DNA from: Mesotaenium endlicherianum
Lineage: Eukaryota
DNA: 29,194 nt
Reading direction: 5' to 3'
NCBI GenBank assembly: GCA_009602735.1
Contig: WELA01001569.1
Coordinates: forward strand, 62,001-91,194
Shown here: piece after piece, positions 10,049 through 21,540 of the stretch
How positions within the stretch are numbered: position 1 is the stretch's first letter
How the letters are laid out: each line of letters begins with the position of its first letter
Made by a program: the position numbers and the translations under genes
The notes under the pieces: generated by a model
Databases searched by the model: none
The model's input: the letters and a program-made list of their open reading frames with translations, nothing else
Told to the model about the DNA's origin: nothing

Positions 10049-11616
10049 TTAGGGAGGTGCCCCAGCCGCCCGAAGGTGGAACCGTTTCAACGCCCCTTTG
10101 GCAATGGTCAAATGGTCCTTAAATTCCCAAGTATCCCCAGTGGCATCGTAACCCTTCCATTTGACCAGGTATTTCATGACATATTTAGATGATCGACGGA
10201 CAGAGTGAGCGTCTAAAATCTCCTCGACCTCATATTCCTCAAGGTCACCATCCTTGACAGCGGAGACCGGTCCCAGTTGGACAGGTAACCGACCTGTGAA
10301 CAGTGTGTCACCTTTCATGTATGGTTCCAGGAAGGAGACATTAAAGATTGGGTGACCCTTGTATTCCGCTGACATGTTCAGTTTGTAAGCATTCTGATCG
10401 ACACGGCGCATCACCAAATTTGGACCCACCCAGACCGGACCAAGCTTTTTCTTGACCACACCAGGCAGGTACAAGTGTTGAGAATGCAGTTTGACCAAAT
10501 CCTTCTTTGAAAAAGTCAGCTCTCGACAGTGTTGATTAGCGTATTTTTGTTGGTTTTCCTGGGCTTTGTGCAGATTGAGTTGGAATTTTGACTGGGTGTC
10601 AGCATAGTCCTGAGTTAACTGGAGAGACCTCGGATTGTCAATGCCCTTAGGGTGAGTTACGGACTCCCCTAGCACATCTTAAGAAGACTTAGGGACTCTA
10701 CCGAGACTGAGTTCAAAGGGAGTTGACGCGTGCACCGCACTATTGGTCGCAAATTGAATTTGAGGCAACAAGTCATCCCACTTATCTTGTTTTTGGTTAA
10801 TGTATGCTCTCAGCACCTCTTGCAGAACTCGGTTAGTTCTTTCATGTTGCCCATCAGTCTGAGGGTGGTTTGCTGTGCTGAGCAGCTGTTTGACTCCCAT
10901 TAATCCCGTTAAAGCTCTCCAGAATTTAGAGGTGAATTTTGATTTTCTGTCTGAGATGATATTAGAGGGTAGCCCATGTTGGCATACTACATGGTGGTAG
11001 AACTTTCTCGCAATTTCAAGTGCAGTCACCTTGACAGTGGTGGGGATGAAAATGACCATTTTTGTAATTTTATCCACTATTACCAATGTAGAATCATGCC
11101 CAGTGGCAGTTCTTGGTAGTGTTACCACCCAGTCCATGGATATTGATTCCCAGCGTCCAGCAGGGATGGGCAGTGGTTATAATAGCCCCCCGGGTGGTGT
11201 GTGCCTAGACTTATTTTTCTGACATTGATCATAAGACTTAACATATTTAAAGACCTCCCGAGGCAACCCATCCCAGTGATAATGTTTTGCCAGTTTACCA
11301 ACGGTTTTGGCCTGCCCCAAATGCCCACCCAGTAAACTGTCATGTGCTTGACTCAGTAAGAGTGACCTTACTTCCAAATTATTAGGAATGACCAGTTTCA
11401 GTCTACTTGAAGTGGTTTCAGTCATCCAGACCCCTCGCTTTTGCCTATACCCGAGTGTAGTAGCAGGACACACACCATCAATGGGGCTGGGCTCAAATGT
11501 TGGGTCAGAAAGGTAGGCTTTCCTAAGTTGTTCCAGGAAGGACTTTTTCACCTTTAGTGAAGTGAGTGCACAAAAAACCTTGTCTACAGCATGCTGACTA
11601 AAGTTCCTTTCTTGCA
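10049..11616 (-). pseudogene. pol: B1 pol C-terminal part: integrase plus chromodomain
   Basis: [15 protein letters not shown]...IISDR...HPQTDGQHER, WVGP and YEVEEIL...YLVKWKGY...DTWE, with frameshifts and stops. Confidence 0.92.
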
Positions 11617-12325
11617 TGTAAGGTTGTGAAAGTGTAGTTTGTATTTTTATAGCACTTTATATGCATAGAGTGTAATTGTAGAAGAACTTTGGCCTTTATT
11701 TGAAGTCATTTGGACAAGTATTGAGAAAGTTATGAGTGTTGGAAGTTTTTAGTGAGTTTTTAGTGTCACAGATTCAATTTAGTGACAAGGATAGGTCTAG
11801 TGACGAAAATTTCGGTTGGAGTCCAGAAAGTAGGACATTGAATCATGAGGGTTCCAGAAACTACGTACGATTACGTAGAGTGCCAAAGTGATTGTGGAAT
11901 TTCTAGAAACTCCGTGAGAGTTAGTGGATTGTGTAGTAGAATATTCTAGAGTGTAATTGTGTGCGTGTGAGTGTGCTAGCTTGTCCAACTAGGCAAGGTC
12001 ACCTACATGGAAGGAGCCATAGTAGGAGGTTCTGGAGGTACTTTGCTAGAGAGGACACTTAGAGTTGAAGCATAAAAAGAGGGAGCCTAGTCTTGTCTAG
12101 TCTAGTCTAGTCTAACCTTCTTAACTTGTACCCGACTTTTCTCAATAAAGAGAGTTCTTTTCCACTCCTCTCTCATGTAGCCCTCTAACTCTTGCAAGGG
12201 TGGCATACCACCAGGCCACTCTACCTTGTGTATGCAACTAGGAAAGGTCCTTGTGCACGCTTCCACTCGCGGGTGAGGGTGCGTGAGTGTGTGTGGGCGC
12301 ACTCCCCGCACCCTTCCCCCTTTCA
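11617..12325 (+). mobile_element. Solo LTR (709 bp) of an unrelated family inserted in B1 pol
   Basis: TGTAAGG...CTTTCA flanked by TSD TTGCA (11612-11616, 12326-12330); B1 pol (RRPDLQERN) rejoins on removal. CATAAAAAG at about 12071 and AATAAA at about 12144 suggest plus orientation. Confidence 0.9.
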
Positions 12326-12691
12326 TTGCAAGTCAGGTCTTCTAGAGAGTGCATCAGCAGGATTCAACTTCCCTGGTTTGTAGTCGATGTGGATTTGGAA
12401 CTGCTAAGACTGGGGCAGAACAGAGAGCATCTTTAAAGGTCTGGAAGGCAGCTTGCTGCTTTTCCCCCCACACATACCCTATGTCCTTCTTAGTAAGGTC
12501 AGTCAGTTTGTTGGCCTTTGTAGAATAATTTTCAAAGAATCTCCTATAATAATTAGCCAACCCAAGGAAGGATCTAACTTCCGAGACAGACTGTGGTACT
12601 GGCCAGTCCCTTATGGTCTGGACTTTCTTAGGATCCACATTGATGCCTTCCTTATTGACAACGTGGTCCAAGAATTCAATACTTTTCTTAA
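12326..12691 (-). pseudogene. pol: B1 pol fragment: RT end fused to RNase H end (internal deletion)
   Basis: ALCSAPVLA is joined to [24 protein letters not shown] at about 12404; about 340 bp are missing relative to 25951-26291. Confidence 0.85.
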
Positions 12692-15600
12692 CACTAGATG
12701 GCCCGGAACATCAAATATGATGCAACGCACAGATTCTGATGCATTTACTTGCTCCCCTTGCTTGCGACCTCTGTATCTTTCTTAATACTTATTTGTTTTT
12801 ATCAAAATTAGTCTTAGACGAGGGGCTATATCGCCAAGTGTCCACAATAAATTCTACAGGTAAAAGCGACAAAACGCGTACAAGTTATTCGCATTACCGT
12901 ATGGTGCTAATTTCGGTTTCAATGAAGAAAATGAACCAAAAAGAAGGCTAACAGCCTTCTTCTTCGCGAGCTTCGTCCGCCATGGATGCCTCTGAATGTT
13001 CGTTAGACGCACTTTTAGACCATAAAATTTTGGTTCCCGCTGCTCACTTCAGTACTGCATGGGCAAAAGAGAAGTTTGATGCTTATTGGGATGAGTTGTT
13101 GATAGAGGGAGTGGTGAAGAAGCGGGTGGTGGGGAAAAAGAAGGAGGGTTGTGTGTACGAGGTGTATTTTGTCTATGATAAGAGTAAGCAGAGATTTTTA
13201 GAGTCTTTCGTGAGAGAACACCTTTGCGAAGAGTCTAAGATACTCCATGAATTTTGTGAGGGTGTATACTCGCGGAAAGATGAGGAGGAAGAATCGAAAA
13301 AAGAAGTTGTGCAGGAAGATGACCGTAGGTCATCTTTCCAAGTGTCTGAGACCCCTTTGGTGCCTCAAGAACTAGATATAGGGCAACAAGGTTCTCAACC
13401 TAGCATAGATGATAGCCAGCTCTCATTTGAGAGAAGAAAGAGAGGTTGGCCTGTGGGGTCAAACAAGATAGCAGCTCCTTCCGTTAGGAGTAAGTTCATG
13501 TTTCAAGGGCCCCCTCTCACAACAAAAAAAGGAAAAGAGCCCATGATAGACTCTGATTCCGACCCTGAGAGCAGCAATAGCAGTTATGGGCAAGACAGGT
13601 TGTCTTCCGAGGAGGAAGAGGAGGTGCCTCTTGCTCCTACCATGCTGGAGGAGGAGGAGAAGGAGGAGGAGGAGTATGAAGAAATTTGGGATTGGAAGGG
13701 GCCTGCCCGCGGAGACTCCTGCCAGGTGGACTTGCTGCAGCCTAGCACTACACATCACCATGGCTTGCAGGGCATTCCAAACAAGAGGTTCAGAGGCTTG
13801 AGCCCCTTTGGGATCTTTCGTTTGTTCATGCCTATTGCATTCTTTCAGCAGTTGGTATTAGAGACAAACAATTATGCATCACTGCATCCTGTCAGAGGTT
13901 GGATTCCTGTCACATGCACGGAGATGGTTGTTTTCCATGGGCTATGCATGGCTATGGGCTTACATGGACTACCGAGACTGAGGAGTTATCGGCAGAAGAC
14001 TGTCAAAGGGCCTATTACACTTCCTAGCTTTGGCAGATTTATGAGTAGGAATAGGTTCAAAGAGATTAGAAGATTCTTTCATCTCAAAGATAATAGACAA
14101 AGAACATGCTTTCCTCCAGACTCTAGAGAATACAAGCTATGGCAGCTCCAACCCTTCACAAACTTGTGCATGGAAACCTTCAGCAAGTACTACAACCCTG
14201 GTGCAACCCTCACAGTAGATGAAAGAACCATTCCTATCCGCAACAGACAGTGTCCCATTAGAGTGTACAACTCCTCCAAACCATACAAGTATGGCATAGA
14301 AGTATTTACTATTTGTGATGCAATTATTTACTTCTGCTATGCCTTCATCATCTATGATAGGGTGAAGAAAGATGGAGCTAAAACTGATATTGTGTTAGAC
14401 CTTGTAGCTATGCTCCCTGTTGGTAGGTTGTTTACACTCATCTTTGATAGAGGTTTCAGCTCACCTCACCTCTTCTCAAAGCTAGCACAATTAGGACATG
14501 GAGCCATTGGCACAGTTCTGTCCACGAGGAAAAATTATCCTAAGGCTATGTTGTATATGAAGCTTGATAGCCAGCCTAAAGGTGCTTGTCTGGCAGCTTA
14601 CAATGAACACCCCCCTATGGTAGCAACTGTTTGGAATGACAAAGCTCCTTGTACATTTTTATCTACAACCAAATGGCTAGCTCCCAAAACACAAACTACG
14701 CGTAACGGAAAACAGAAACTTGTCCTTCCAGCTCCTGAGTTAATTAAGCACTACAACTTGTATAAAGATGCTGTAGATCAATATGATGCATACTGTTTGA
14801 AGAGGGGCTACAGTGCTGAGAGAGTTCTAGTCAACAGGAAGTGGTGGCACAGAGCATATTGGGGTCTCTTTGATGGCCTTCTAGCTAATGTGTTTATCAT
14901 GCACAAGATGGTGAATCCTACCGCGGACAGGTGGGACACTTACTTGAACATCATGGATGAGATGTGTTCTTTCCAGCACCCTAATGAAGCAGGTTCGAGT
15001 GGAGTGTCAACAAGGGTTGTGGCAGCTCAGCCTACAGGAGAAGGAAGGTTCAGTGGCAGGCACTTTCCAGCGGAGGTAGAGAAGAGATACTATTGCGTCG
15101 TGTGCGTTGCCGATACTTTTGGACATCGTGCTAATAGGAAGAGAGCTAAGTATAGTGACTACAAGTGCTTGCAGTGCAATGTCTATTGGTGTGTTGCCCC
15201 TTGCTTTCAGATCTACCATACAACCAAAGAGATCCCCCAACTTGATGTTGGACCAAAGAGAGAGAAGAGGAAATAGAGACATTTGGGCGTGATAACGACG
15301 AAAATTGTACATTCTTTTATAAGGTAGAATAAAATGTATGCTACGGCTATAAAACCTCTAAGGGCATGAGACTCATGTGCTGATGTGACTGTGTTTAATT
15401 ATATTTTTTTTTCTAAAATGAAAATATTGCAAAATTTGCCCCTGAAGAGTGAATATTTGACTTATTTAATTCATTTTTTATAGTTTAAAATAACAAAAAA
15501 AAGTTTCAAAAAGCTGTCAAAGCACTTATGTGGTATGCATAGTTTGAAGCTAGTATGACTTCTGTGCACTTCAGAAAGTGCTGCTAAGTTGAGATAGGTA

Positions 15601-16016
15601 CCGAAACGCTTGTTGCATCAATGTTTTGTTGCGCATCAAATGTGATGCTATCTTTCTTTGGGACCTATTGTGCACCATACTTGTCCTATTACTTTGAAAC
15701 TTTGCATACCCACTTATGACCCTTATGCACACTACAAGCAAAAATCACAATCTCTGGATCACTTTCTGGTAAGAGTTTTGATGCACCAAATATTGCAATT
15801 TTTTTAAGATTTTTTTGGGTTGCATTCTTTTCGATTTTTTTTCCCCAAAAAGAAATCAAATTACCAAAAAAAAAGAAGGGATCCTCAAGATTGTGATATA
15901 AGATTTCCAAATATATGCATCAGTTAAGATTTATATTGGTATTGTGGTGGGAAAAAAATCAAGAGTAAAGGTAGTAGATGCATCAAAAAGTGTGTATTCC
16001 GGTGGGCCATCTAGTG
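12692..16016 (+). mobile_element. Complete piggyBac-like DNA transposon (3325 bp)
   Basis: TTAA at 12688-12691 and 16017-16020; 13-bp perfect TIR CACTAGATGGCCC (12692-12704, 16004-16016); B1 RT (KCDFFKKSIEF) is restored on excision. Confidence 0.96.
12982..15276 (+). CDS. piggyBac transposase, 764 aa, uninterrupted
   Basis: FMSRNRFKEIRRFFHL; DDD triad contexts LTVDE, IFDRGF and YN...AVDQYD; SKPYKYGI; RKWWHR; C-terminal Cys-rich domain CVVC...CLQC...WC...CF...H. Confidence 0.95.
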   Translation: MDASECSLDALLDHKILVPAAHFSTAWAKEKFDAYWDELLIEGVVKKRVVGKKKEGCVYEVYFVYDKSKQRFLESFVREHLCEESKILHEFCEGVYSRKDEEEESKKEVVQEDDRRSSFQVSETPLVPQELDIGQQGSQPSIDDSQLSFERRKRGWPVGSNKIAAPSVRSKFMFQGPPLTTKKGKEPMIDSDSDPESSNSSYGQDRLSSEEEEEVPLAPTMLEEEEKEEEEYEEIWDWKGPARGDSCQVDLLQPSTTHHHGLQGIPNKRFRGLSPFGIFRLFMPIAFFQQLVLETNNYASLHPVRGWIPVTCTEMVVFHGLCMAMGLHGLPRLRSYRQKTVKGPITLPSFGRFMSRNRFKEIRRFFHLKDNRQRTCFPPDSREYKLWQLQPFTNLCMETFSKYYNPGATLTVDERTIPIRNRQCPIRVYNSSKPYKYGIEVFTICDAIIYFCYAFIIYDRVKKDGAKTDIVLDLVAMLPVGRLFTLIFDRGFSSPHLFSKLAQLGHGAIGTVLSTRKNYPKAMLYMKLDSQPKGACLAAYNEHPPMVATVWNDKAPCTFLSTTKWLAPKTQTTRNGKQKLVLPAPELIKHYNLYKDAVDQYDAYCLKRGYSAERVLVNRKWWHRAYWGLFDGLLANVFIMHKMVNPTADRWDTYLNIMDEMCSFQHPNEAGSSGVSTRVVAAQPTGEGRFSGRHFPAEVEKRYYCVVCVADTFGHRANRKRAKYSDYKCLQCNVYWCVAPCFQIYHTTKEIPQLDVGPKREKRK

Positions 16017-17543
16017 TTAAAGAAGTCACACTTGCTCATTTTAGCATATAATTGATTCCTTCGTAAAGTGTCCATGACTGTCTTTAAGTGCTCAGCATGC
16101 TCAGCTTCATTTTCGAGAAAATTATCCAAAAAGACTTGCACAAAGTTATCCAAGTAAGGCATGAAAATGTCATTCATAGCTTCCACGAAGGTTGCAGGAG
16201 CATTATTCAGTCCAAATGGCATCACATTAAACTCATAATGTCCATATAACGTGTGCAGAAGGCAGTCTTGTGTTGATCTCCCTCAGCAATTTTGATTTGA
16301 TTATAACCACTCTTAAGATTTATCTTACTGAACACTTCAGCACCAGACAGGGTATCAAGCAAGTCCTCAATTCAGGGTAAAGCATACTTGTTCTTACCGT
16401 AATCTTGTAAAGAGCTTTGTAATACACGCACATTTGCATTCTACCATCGTTTTTCTTAACAAATAGGATGGGTGCACCATAAAGTGATTTACTGGGGAAA
16501 ATATAACCATTTTTCTCTAGCTCTGCAATCTGTGTTTTTAACTCTTCGCTCTCCACATAAGACAAGCCATAGGTGCGTTGCCAAGGTGGTTGAATCCCCG
16601 TTAAAAAATCAATCCTATGATCTCCTTCCCTCTTAGGGAGCACACCTGGAGGCATGTCAAAAACATCAGTATATTGAGCAACAATTTTTGCAGCAGTAGA
16701 GTGCTCCGGAGAGCACACCTTTTTCTCAACCACTTCTTCAAGTTGAGGAGGTACCTCGTTCAGCAGCAGACAAAACTTTATGTCTTCCTTCTGGTTCCAG
16801 CTTTCGATGAACTCCATTGCACTCAGCAATTTGCATCCTCCTGGAAGCCTCTTCTTTTCCTTCATTTGCCAACCATACAGGACAAGAGGAAGAGCACTGG
16901 TGGGTGCCAAGTTAGTCTGCCCATTACTGGCTCCTCTCACTTTAACTGTACCTCTGCTCCAACACACTTCAGCATGATGTCTATTAAGCCAAGACTTGCC
17001 TAGCACGAGATCATAAAAGCCAATGTTGAGTACCTCAAATGTAAGCGTTTCAGTTAGAACTGCAATGCCAGAACCTAACTGGACCTCAATAGGCTTGGTT
17101 ATAACTCCTCCCGGGATACTTGAGGCATCTCCAAGAAATATTTTTCTATTTCCTTGGGTGACAATAGGCAGCCTTCGCCGCTTAACTAAGTCCTTATGAA
17201 TAAAAGCATGTGACGCCCCTCCATCAACAAATGCCTTCACCTTCCTAACTGCAATCATACAATGCAGTAGAATAGGGGGGACGGACTTTTCCAGACTTTT
17301 GCATTGTTCTCCCGACTTAGCAAAGAAATGTTGGACATCAGGTGGAATAAGATCATCCAGAGTGTGCACTCTCTGGGAATCTATATTGCTGATGGTCTCC
17401 TTTATCTGGTTGTCAGGCATGCATAGTGAATCCAGTTCAACAGGACCCATAATACCTGCTACGAGGTCAGCTAGTGACGACTCACTATCTCTAGCATCCT
17501 CACAGTCAGTAGACTGGATTACTGACTGTTGCTGTCTTTTAAA
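16017..17543 (-). pseudogene. pol: B1 pol N-terminal part: protease plus RT
   Basis: [30 protein letters not shown] and [12 protein letters not shown]; frameshifted; homologous to 24131-25665. Confidence 0.92.
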
Positions 17544-18990
17544 GGCCCGTCCTTTCTCTCGACCTTTGGAAGGTGCCTGCTAGGACACCGCTCTCTGTAG
17601 TGGCCCAACTGCTGGCAATGGTAGCAAACAGATTTTGCTGAGGCTGGTCTCGGCTTAGTCCTACCACCACCTCTTCCATAGCCACCTCGAGAGTAACCAC
17701 CTCTNTCTCTAGACTGCATAGCATTATACCCATACGCATACTCATCACCCTGATCATCCTAAGCCTGGTCTTCTTTAATTGCATTGTAGAAACCGTGGGG
17801 CTTTTTGACAATCTTAGACACCAAAGCATTACTCTGGCGCTTGTGATTGAACTGCTGCTGATCCCAGGCATCAGCGTCTTGGATCAAGTCAACCAATTTC
17901 TCATACTTCTTTTCAGCAAATGACCTGAGACTTCGGATTCAAGCCATACCTGAAGTATGCTATCCTCTACTGTTCTGGCAAGTCTGGCTGCTTCACCATG
18001 TTCTCCTGGAACTTTTGAGCAAACTCAGCAAATGAAGTGGTCTGCTTCAGTGTCAAGGAGATCTTTGCATAAATAGCTTTCTCCTGCTAATTGATGACAT
18101 CAAACTTCTCATGCAGCTTCTTGACAAACTCTACCCAAGTAGAGTCACCGAGTTGTTGAATCTTACGCTCTCCTTTCCAATACAGCCACCAGTCTGCTGC
18201 ACTGCCTTTCAGTAGAGCACCAGTGTGCCTGACCTTCTCGTAACCTTGCAGTTCTGGGTAGTTCTCCAGCCACAACATCAGCAAGAAGCTTGATCAGGTA
18301 ATACTTTTTGTTTGCCACAGGATCATAGTCCTGGGGAGGATTTGGCTTAAGCTTACTAGGCCCTCTGCCACCACCTCCAATGGTATGAGAACCCAGTTGG
18401 TCTCTGTTACGCAGCAAAGACATCATGATCCTTCTGTCCTCCTGTTGGGACTAATACATGCTCGCCATTTGCAATTGTATTTGCACAAATAATGCTCCCA
18501 GATCTACATTCTGAGGTGGGAGCCCAGCAAATGCAGCAGCAGCAGTTGCATTCACTCCTTGAGTAGTGTCCTCAACATTCTCTCTCGCTCCTGCAGCAGC
18601 AATTCCTGCCGCGTTCAGTTGGTCACGAATTTGACCTAGAGGCACATTGAGTTGTACAGCAGGAGGTGGGTTCAGAACATTGGCCCTTATTGCCATAAGT
18701 TCTTTAACAGTGCACTCGTCTGCTGGCTGTCCTTCCCTCCTTTCTGCATCTTCAGCAGCTTTTGCTAATCGTTCGGCTTCTAATATGACTCTTTCCTCCT
18801 CAGCCTGCTGTGCTGCCACTACGGCAATAGAAGCTGCCTTATCTGCAGCCTCTCTAGCTACAGTATCTGCCACTGCTTCAGAATAGGTACGAGTTCCCGC
18901 TACATGGCTTTCAGCCTGGTTTTTGACATTCTCATTATCCTGGTCCTTTATGTCTTGGGAGTTGCTAGTTTGAGACCTTGTCCTTACCAT
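17519..18990 (-). pseudogene. gag: B1 gag, disrupted
   Basis: Fragments match the 22677-24155 protein, including the CYHCQQLGHYRERC zinc knuckle. Confidence 0.92.
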
Positions 18991-19010
18991 ACAAAGAAGA
19001 CTGTGATAAT

Positions 19011-19023
19011 TGCTCCAATACCA
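19011..19023 (-). promoter_or_regulatory. PBS (tRNA-iMet, mutated) of B1
   Basis: Minus strand TGGTATTGGAGCA next to the LTR. Confidence 0.8.
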
Positions 19024-19024
19024 C

Positions 19025-19729
19025 CCAAATGAATCGACTTACAAATAGGCGATTAATAATTAATAAAGATCTTTATATCAGCGAGTAATCTTTATGGTAT
19101 TTTCTGTTAACTGATCAAACAGCAAAAGACAACACACTAGCAGTGGACGATACTCGCAAGTCAAATGCAAGTATACTAGCATCAATAGTGCAATCAGTAA
19201 ACTCATACATAAGCAAGGCTAGAAGACAGTGCGTATCAATGGCTTCTCGCCTTGGATTCAGATATCTCTCAGTAAGCTGTACAAGAGAGTCGGCCTCGTT
19301 TTCGAATGCCGAACTCAAGAGCAATGCCTAGCATATGTACAGGGAATGAGTTTACTGTTCAACGGCAAGTGCGATGGCACCGCTTACCCGGGAGTTAACC
19401 ACGTTGGTAGGACCTCGGTTATCCAAATCCACCGCCATCTCCCATCATCCCGAATCGCCATCCATCCTAAGGATGTCATCTGGCCATTCATCTAGCATAT
19501 CACACTTGGATGCATATCTAGGCAGTTCGCTGCTACCGAGTACGGTAGTCAGCTGGCTGTCAAAGAATGTCTCAGCAAGCTGACCTAAGTTGACTTCAGC
19601 CTGCTGCTCTCGGCTGAGTCATTAAACATATAAGTATATAAAGTCCAGCAGACTGAATATTGACTAAAGTTCAGCAGGTTGAACTTAATTAACTATTATA
19701 TATATCTACCAATATACAGATTTACTACA
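19025..19729 (-). repeat. 5' LTR of B1
   Basis: Roughly 90-95% identical to 7016-7733 by eye; the inner terminal dinucleotide is mutated (CC for TG on the plus strand). Confidence 0.93.
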
Positions 19730-20216
19730 GTCTCGGAAGTTAAATCCTTCCTTGGGTTGGCTAACTACTAGAGAAGATTTATTCAGAATTATTCTACAAA
19801 GGCCAGTAAACTAACTGACCTTACTAAGATAGACATAGAGTATGTGTGGGGGGAAGAGCAGCAAGCTGCCGTCCAGACCCTTAAAGATGCTCTCTGTTCT
19901 GCCCTAGTTTTAGCTGGTTATGACCCCAGCAAACCTGTGCAGGTGGTTACCGATGCTTCTGACTTAGCCATGGGTGCTATTTTGTTGCAGCCTGCTGACA
20001 AAACCACAAAGGACGGTAAGGTTAAGCAGGAGTGGCATCCTGTGCTCTATGAGTCTATGAAGCTCAATCCAGATGACATCAATTATTATGTGCATGATAA
20101 AGAGCTGCTTGCTATTGTTCATGTGCTCAAAAAGTGGGGAGCATACTTACATGGTAAAGCTTTTACGGTGATTACATATTATCTAACTCCGACTCACTTT
20201 TAGAAGAAGTCCAAGC
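19730..20216 (+). pseudogene. pol: Host element B0 pol fragment 2 (RT end and RNase H)
   Basis: [24 protein letters not shown] and [12 protein letters not shown]; continues exactly from 7015. Confidence 0.9.
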
Positions 20217-21536
20217 TGTCATGATTTATCGAGTCGAAGTCGTTGCACGTACCCGAGCTACAAGCGTGTGAACGATCAACCTCGGACAAGCGTTTGCCTC
20301 TTTGCATTTGTGTGATTTAGTGTACTAAGTTGCTATGCTAGCATGCCTAGGGGATAGATGCCACGTGAATAGTCAACACTTGTCACGTGCGCTAGACCTA
20401 CTAGACGCACCAGGTACTTGACTTTCGCTCATAGCCACTACGGGCCACTAGGACCCAAGCAACAAACGTTACTTAGGCAATGGCACCAAGGGGGGGGCTA
20501 CATGGAGCCACCAGGAGGTGGCGGGCTCCAGCGTTTGGCCCAAACACCCCTAGCAACTCGGCACCCAAGCGACGGGAGCCGCCGAGGCCACGTGGTGCCA
20601 CCGGAAGGTGGCGGGCACCTTCAAGTGGCACAGGGGCACTTAAATGCCCATCACTTGGGCCCAGGCACTCCTAAGTGCCCGACACCCAAGTGGCAAGGCC
20701 ACCAAGGGCACCCAAGACCACCGATCGACGACTGCAGCCCGTCGATTGGCCCATGCGCAGCCAACCAACATGTGCTCAGCCGACAGGAACCGTCACAGCC
20801 TGCAGGATTACCACGGCTTAGCGGGCAACCGTTCGATTGCATGAACATAAGTGTGCAAGCTTGTCTTACAAGCTTAGCATGTGCTTTAGTGAGCTCGACC
20901 TATCACAAGCATTCAGCATATTCTACCATCTCGCTTTTGATTGGATTGAGTAGTAACTAGCCTATTGGAGCGCTAGCACAACAGGTATATGTGTGTGTGT
21001 GCAAAGGTAGATCTTAGATAAAGACTACATGCATTGATTCCGCGCCTAACCCGCCGGGTTTCTAGGAGTATAAGTACTAAAGATGTCCCTAGAGAGGCAT
21101 CTTTTTAGAAGTCCCATTACGCCAGTTGTAAGTCACAGAGATTATCAAAGCTTACACTTTTATCTCTTGTGTTTTCAGGACCACTTAATCTCTCTCTCGT
21201 GAAGAGCAAGCCCTCCTGGCTTCCAGTCACTTAAAGAATTTAACAAGTGTTCAGCAAAATCACAGCTTAAACCCTGCCATAGGACTACTCTTCAAGATCA
21301 TGATGTGCTTCCAGTGATCTTTTGGGCCAGACTTCATTAGTTGTTTTCCTACCAGATTACAGTCTTGAGGTGCTCACTTTGGAGAGTACACACTCCTTGA
21401 TAGAAGTATTCAACACTTGCCTCTCTATTTTGTCGAACACGCGACATGTACTATAGACTCTATTGGAGCAAAGCCTGCTGACTTGTTTCGTACTTTGCAT
21501 GACAGTGATGCACGCCCGAGCTTTTAGCGCACGACA
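20217..21536. mobile_element. Element D: 1.3-kb non-coding insertion, probable solo LTR
   Basis: Interrupts B0 at KSKL|SRREN. Ends TGTCATG...CACGACA form an imperfect inverted pair. The flanks AAGC and AAAT are only a degenerate TSD. Confidence 0.65.
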
Positions 21537-21540
21537 AAAT

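Larger units (their letters stand above)
7016..19729 (-). mobile_element. Element B1: full-span degenerate family-B chromovirus with nested insertions
   Basis: LTRs 7016-7733 and 19025-19729; TSD GTCTC at 7011-7015 and 19730-19734; B0 RT reads through when B1 is removed. Confidence 0.95.

Noticed and set aside
20418..20960. 180-aa ORF in element D, and the many short antisense ORFs over gag, pol and the transposase
   Set aside because: Low-complexity GC-rich or shadow frames without domain motifs.
21127..21361. TGTAA...TTACA segment as a nested mini-LTR, or a 51-nt GTAAGT...TTTCAG intron
   Set aside because: No TSD (CCAGT versus GTCTT) and no second copy or coding context to support either reading.
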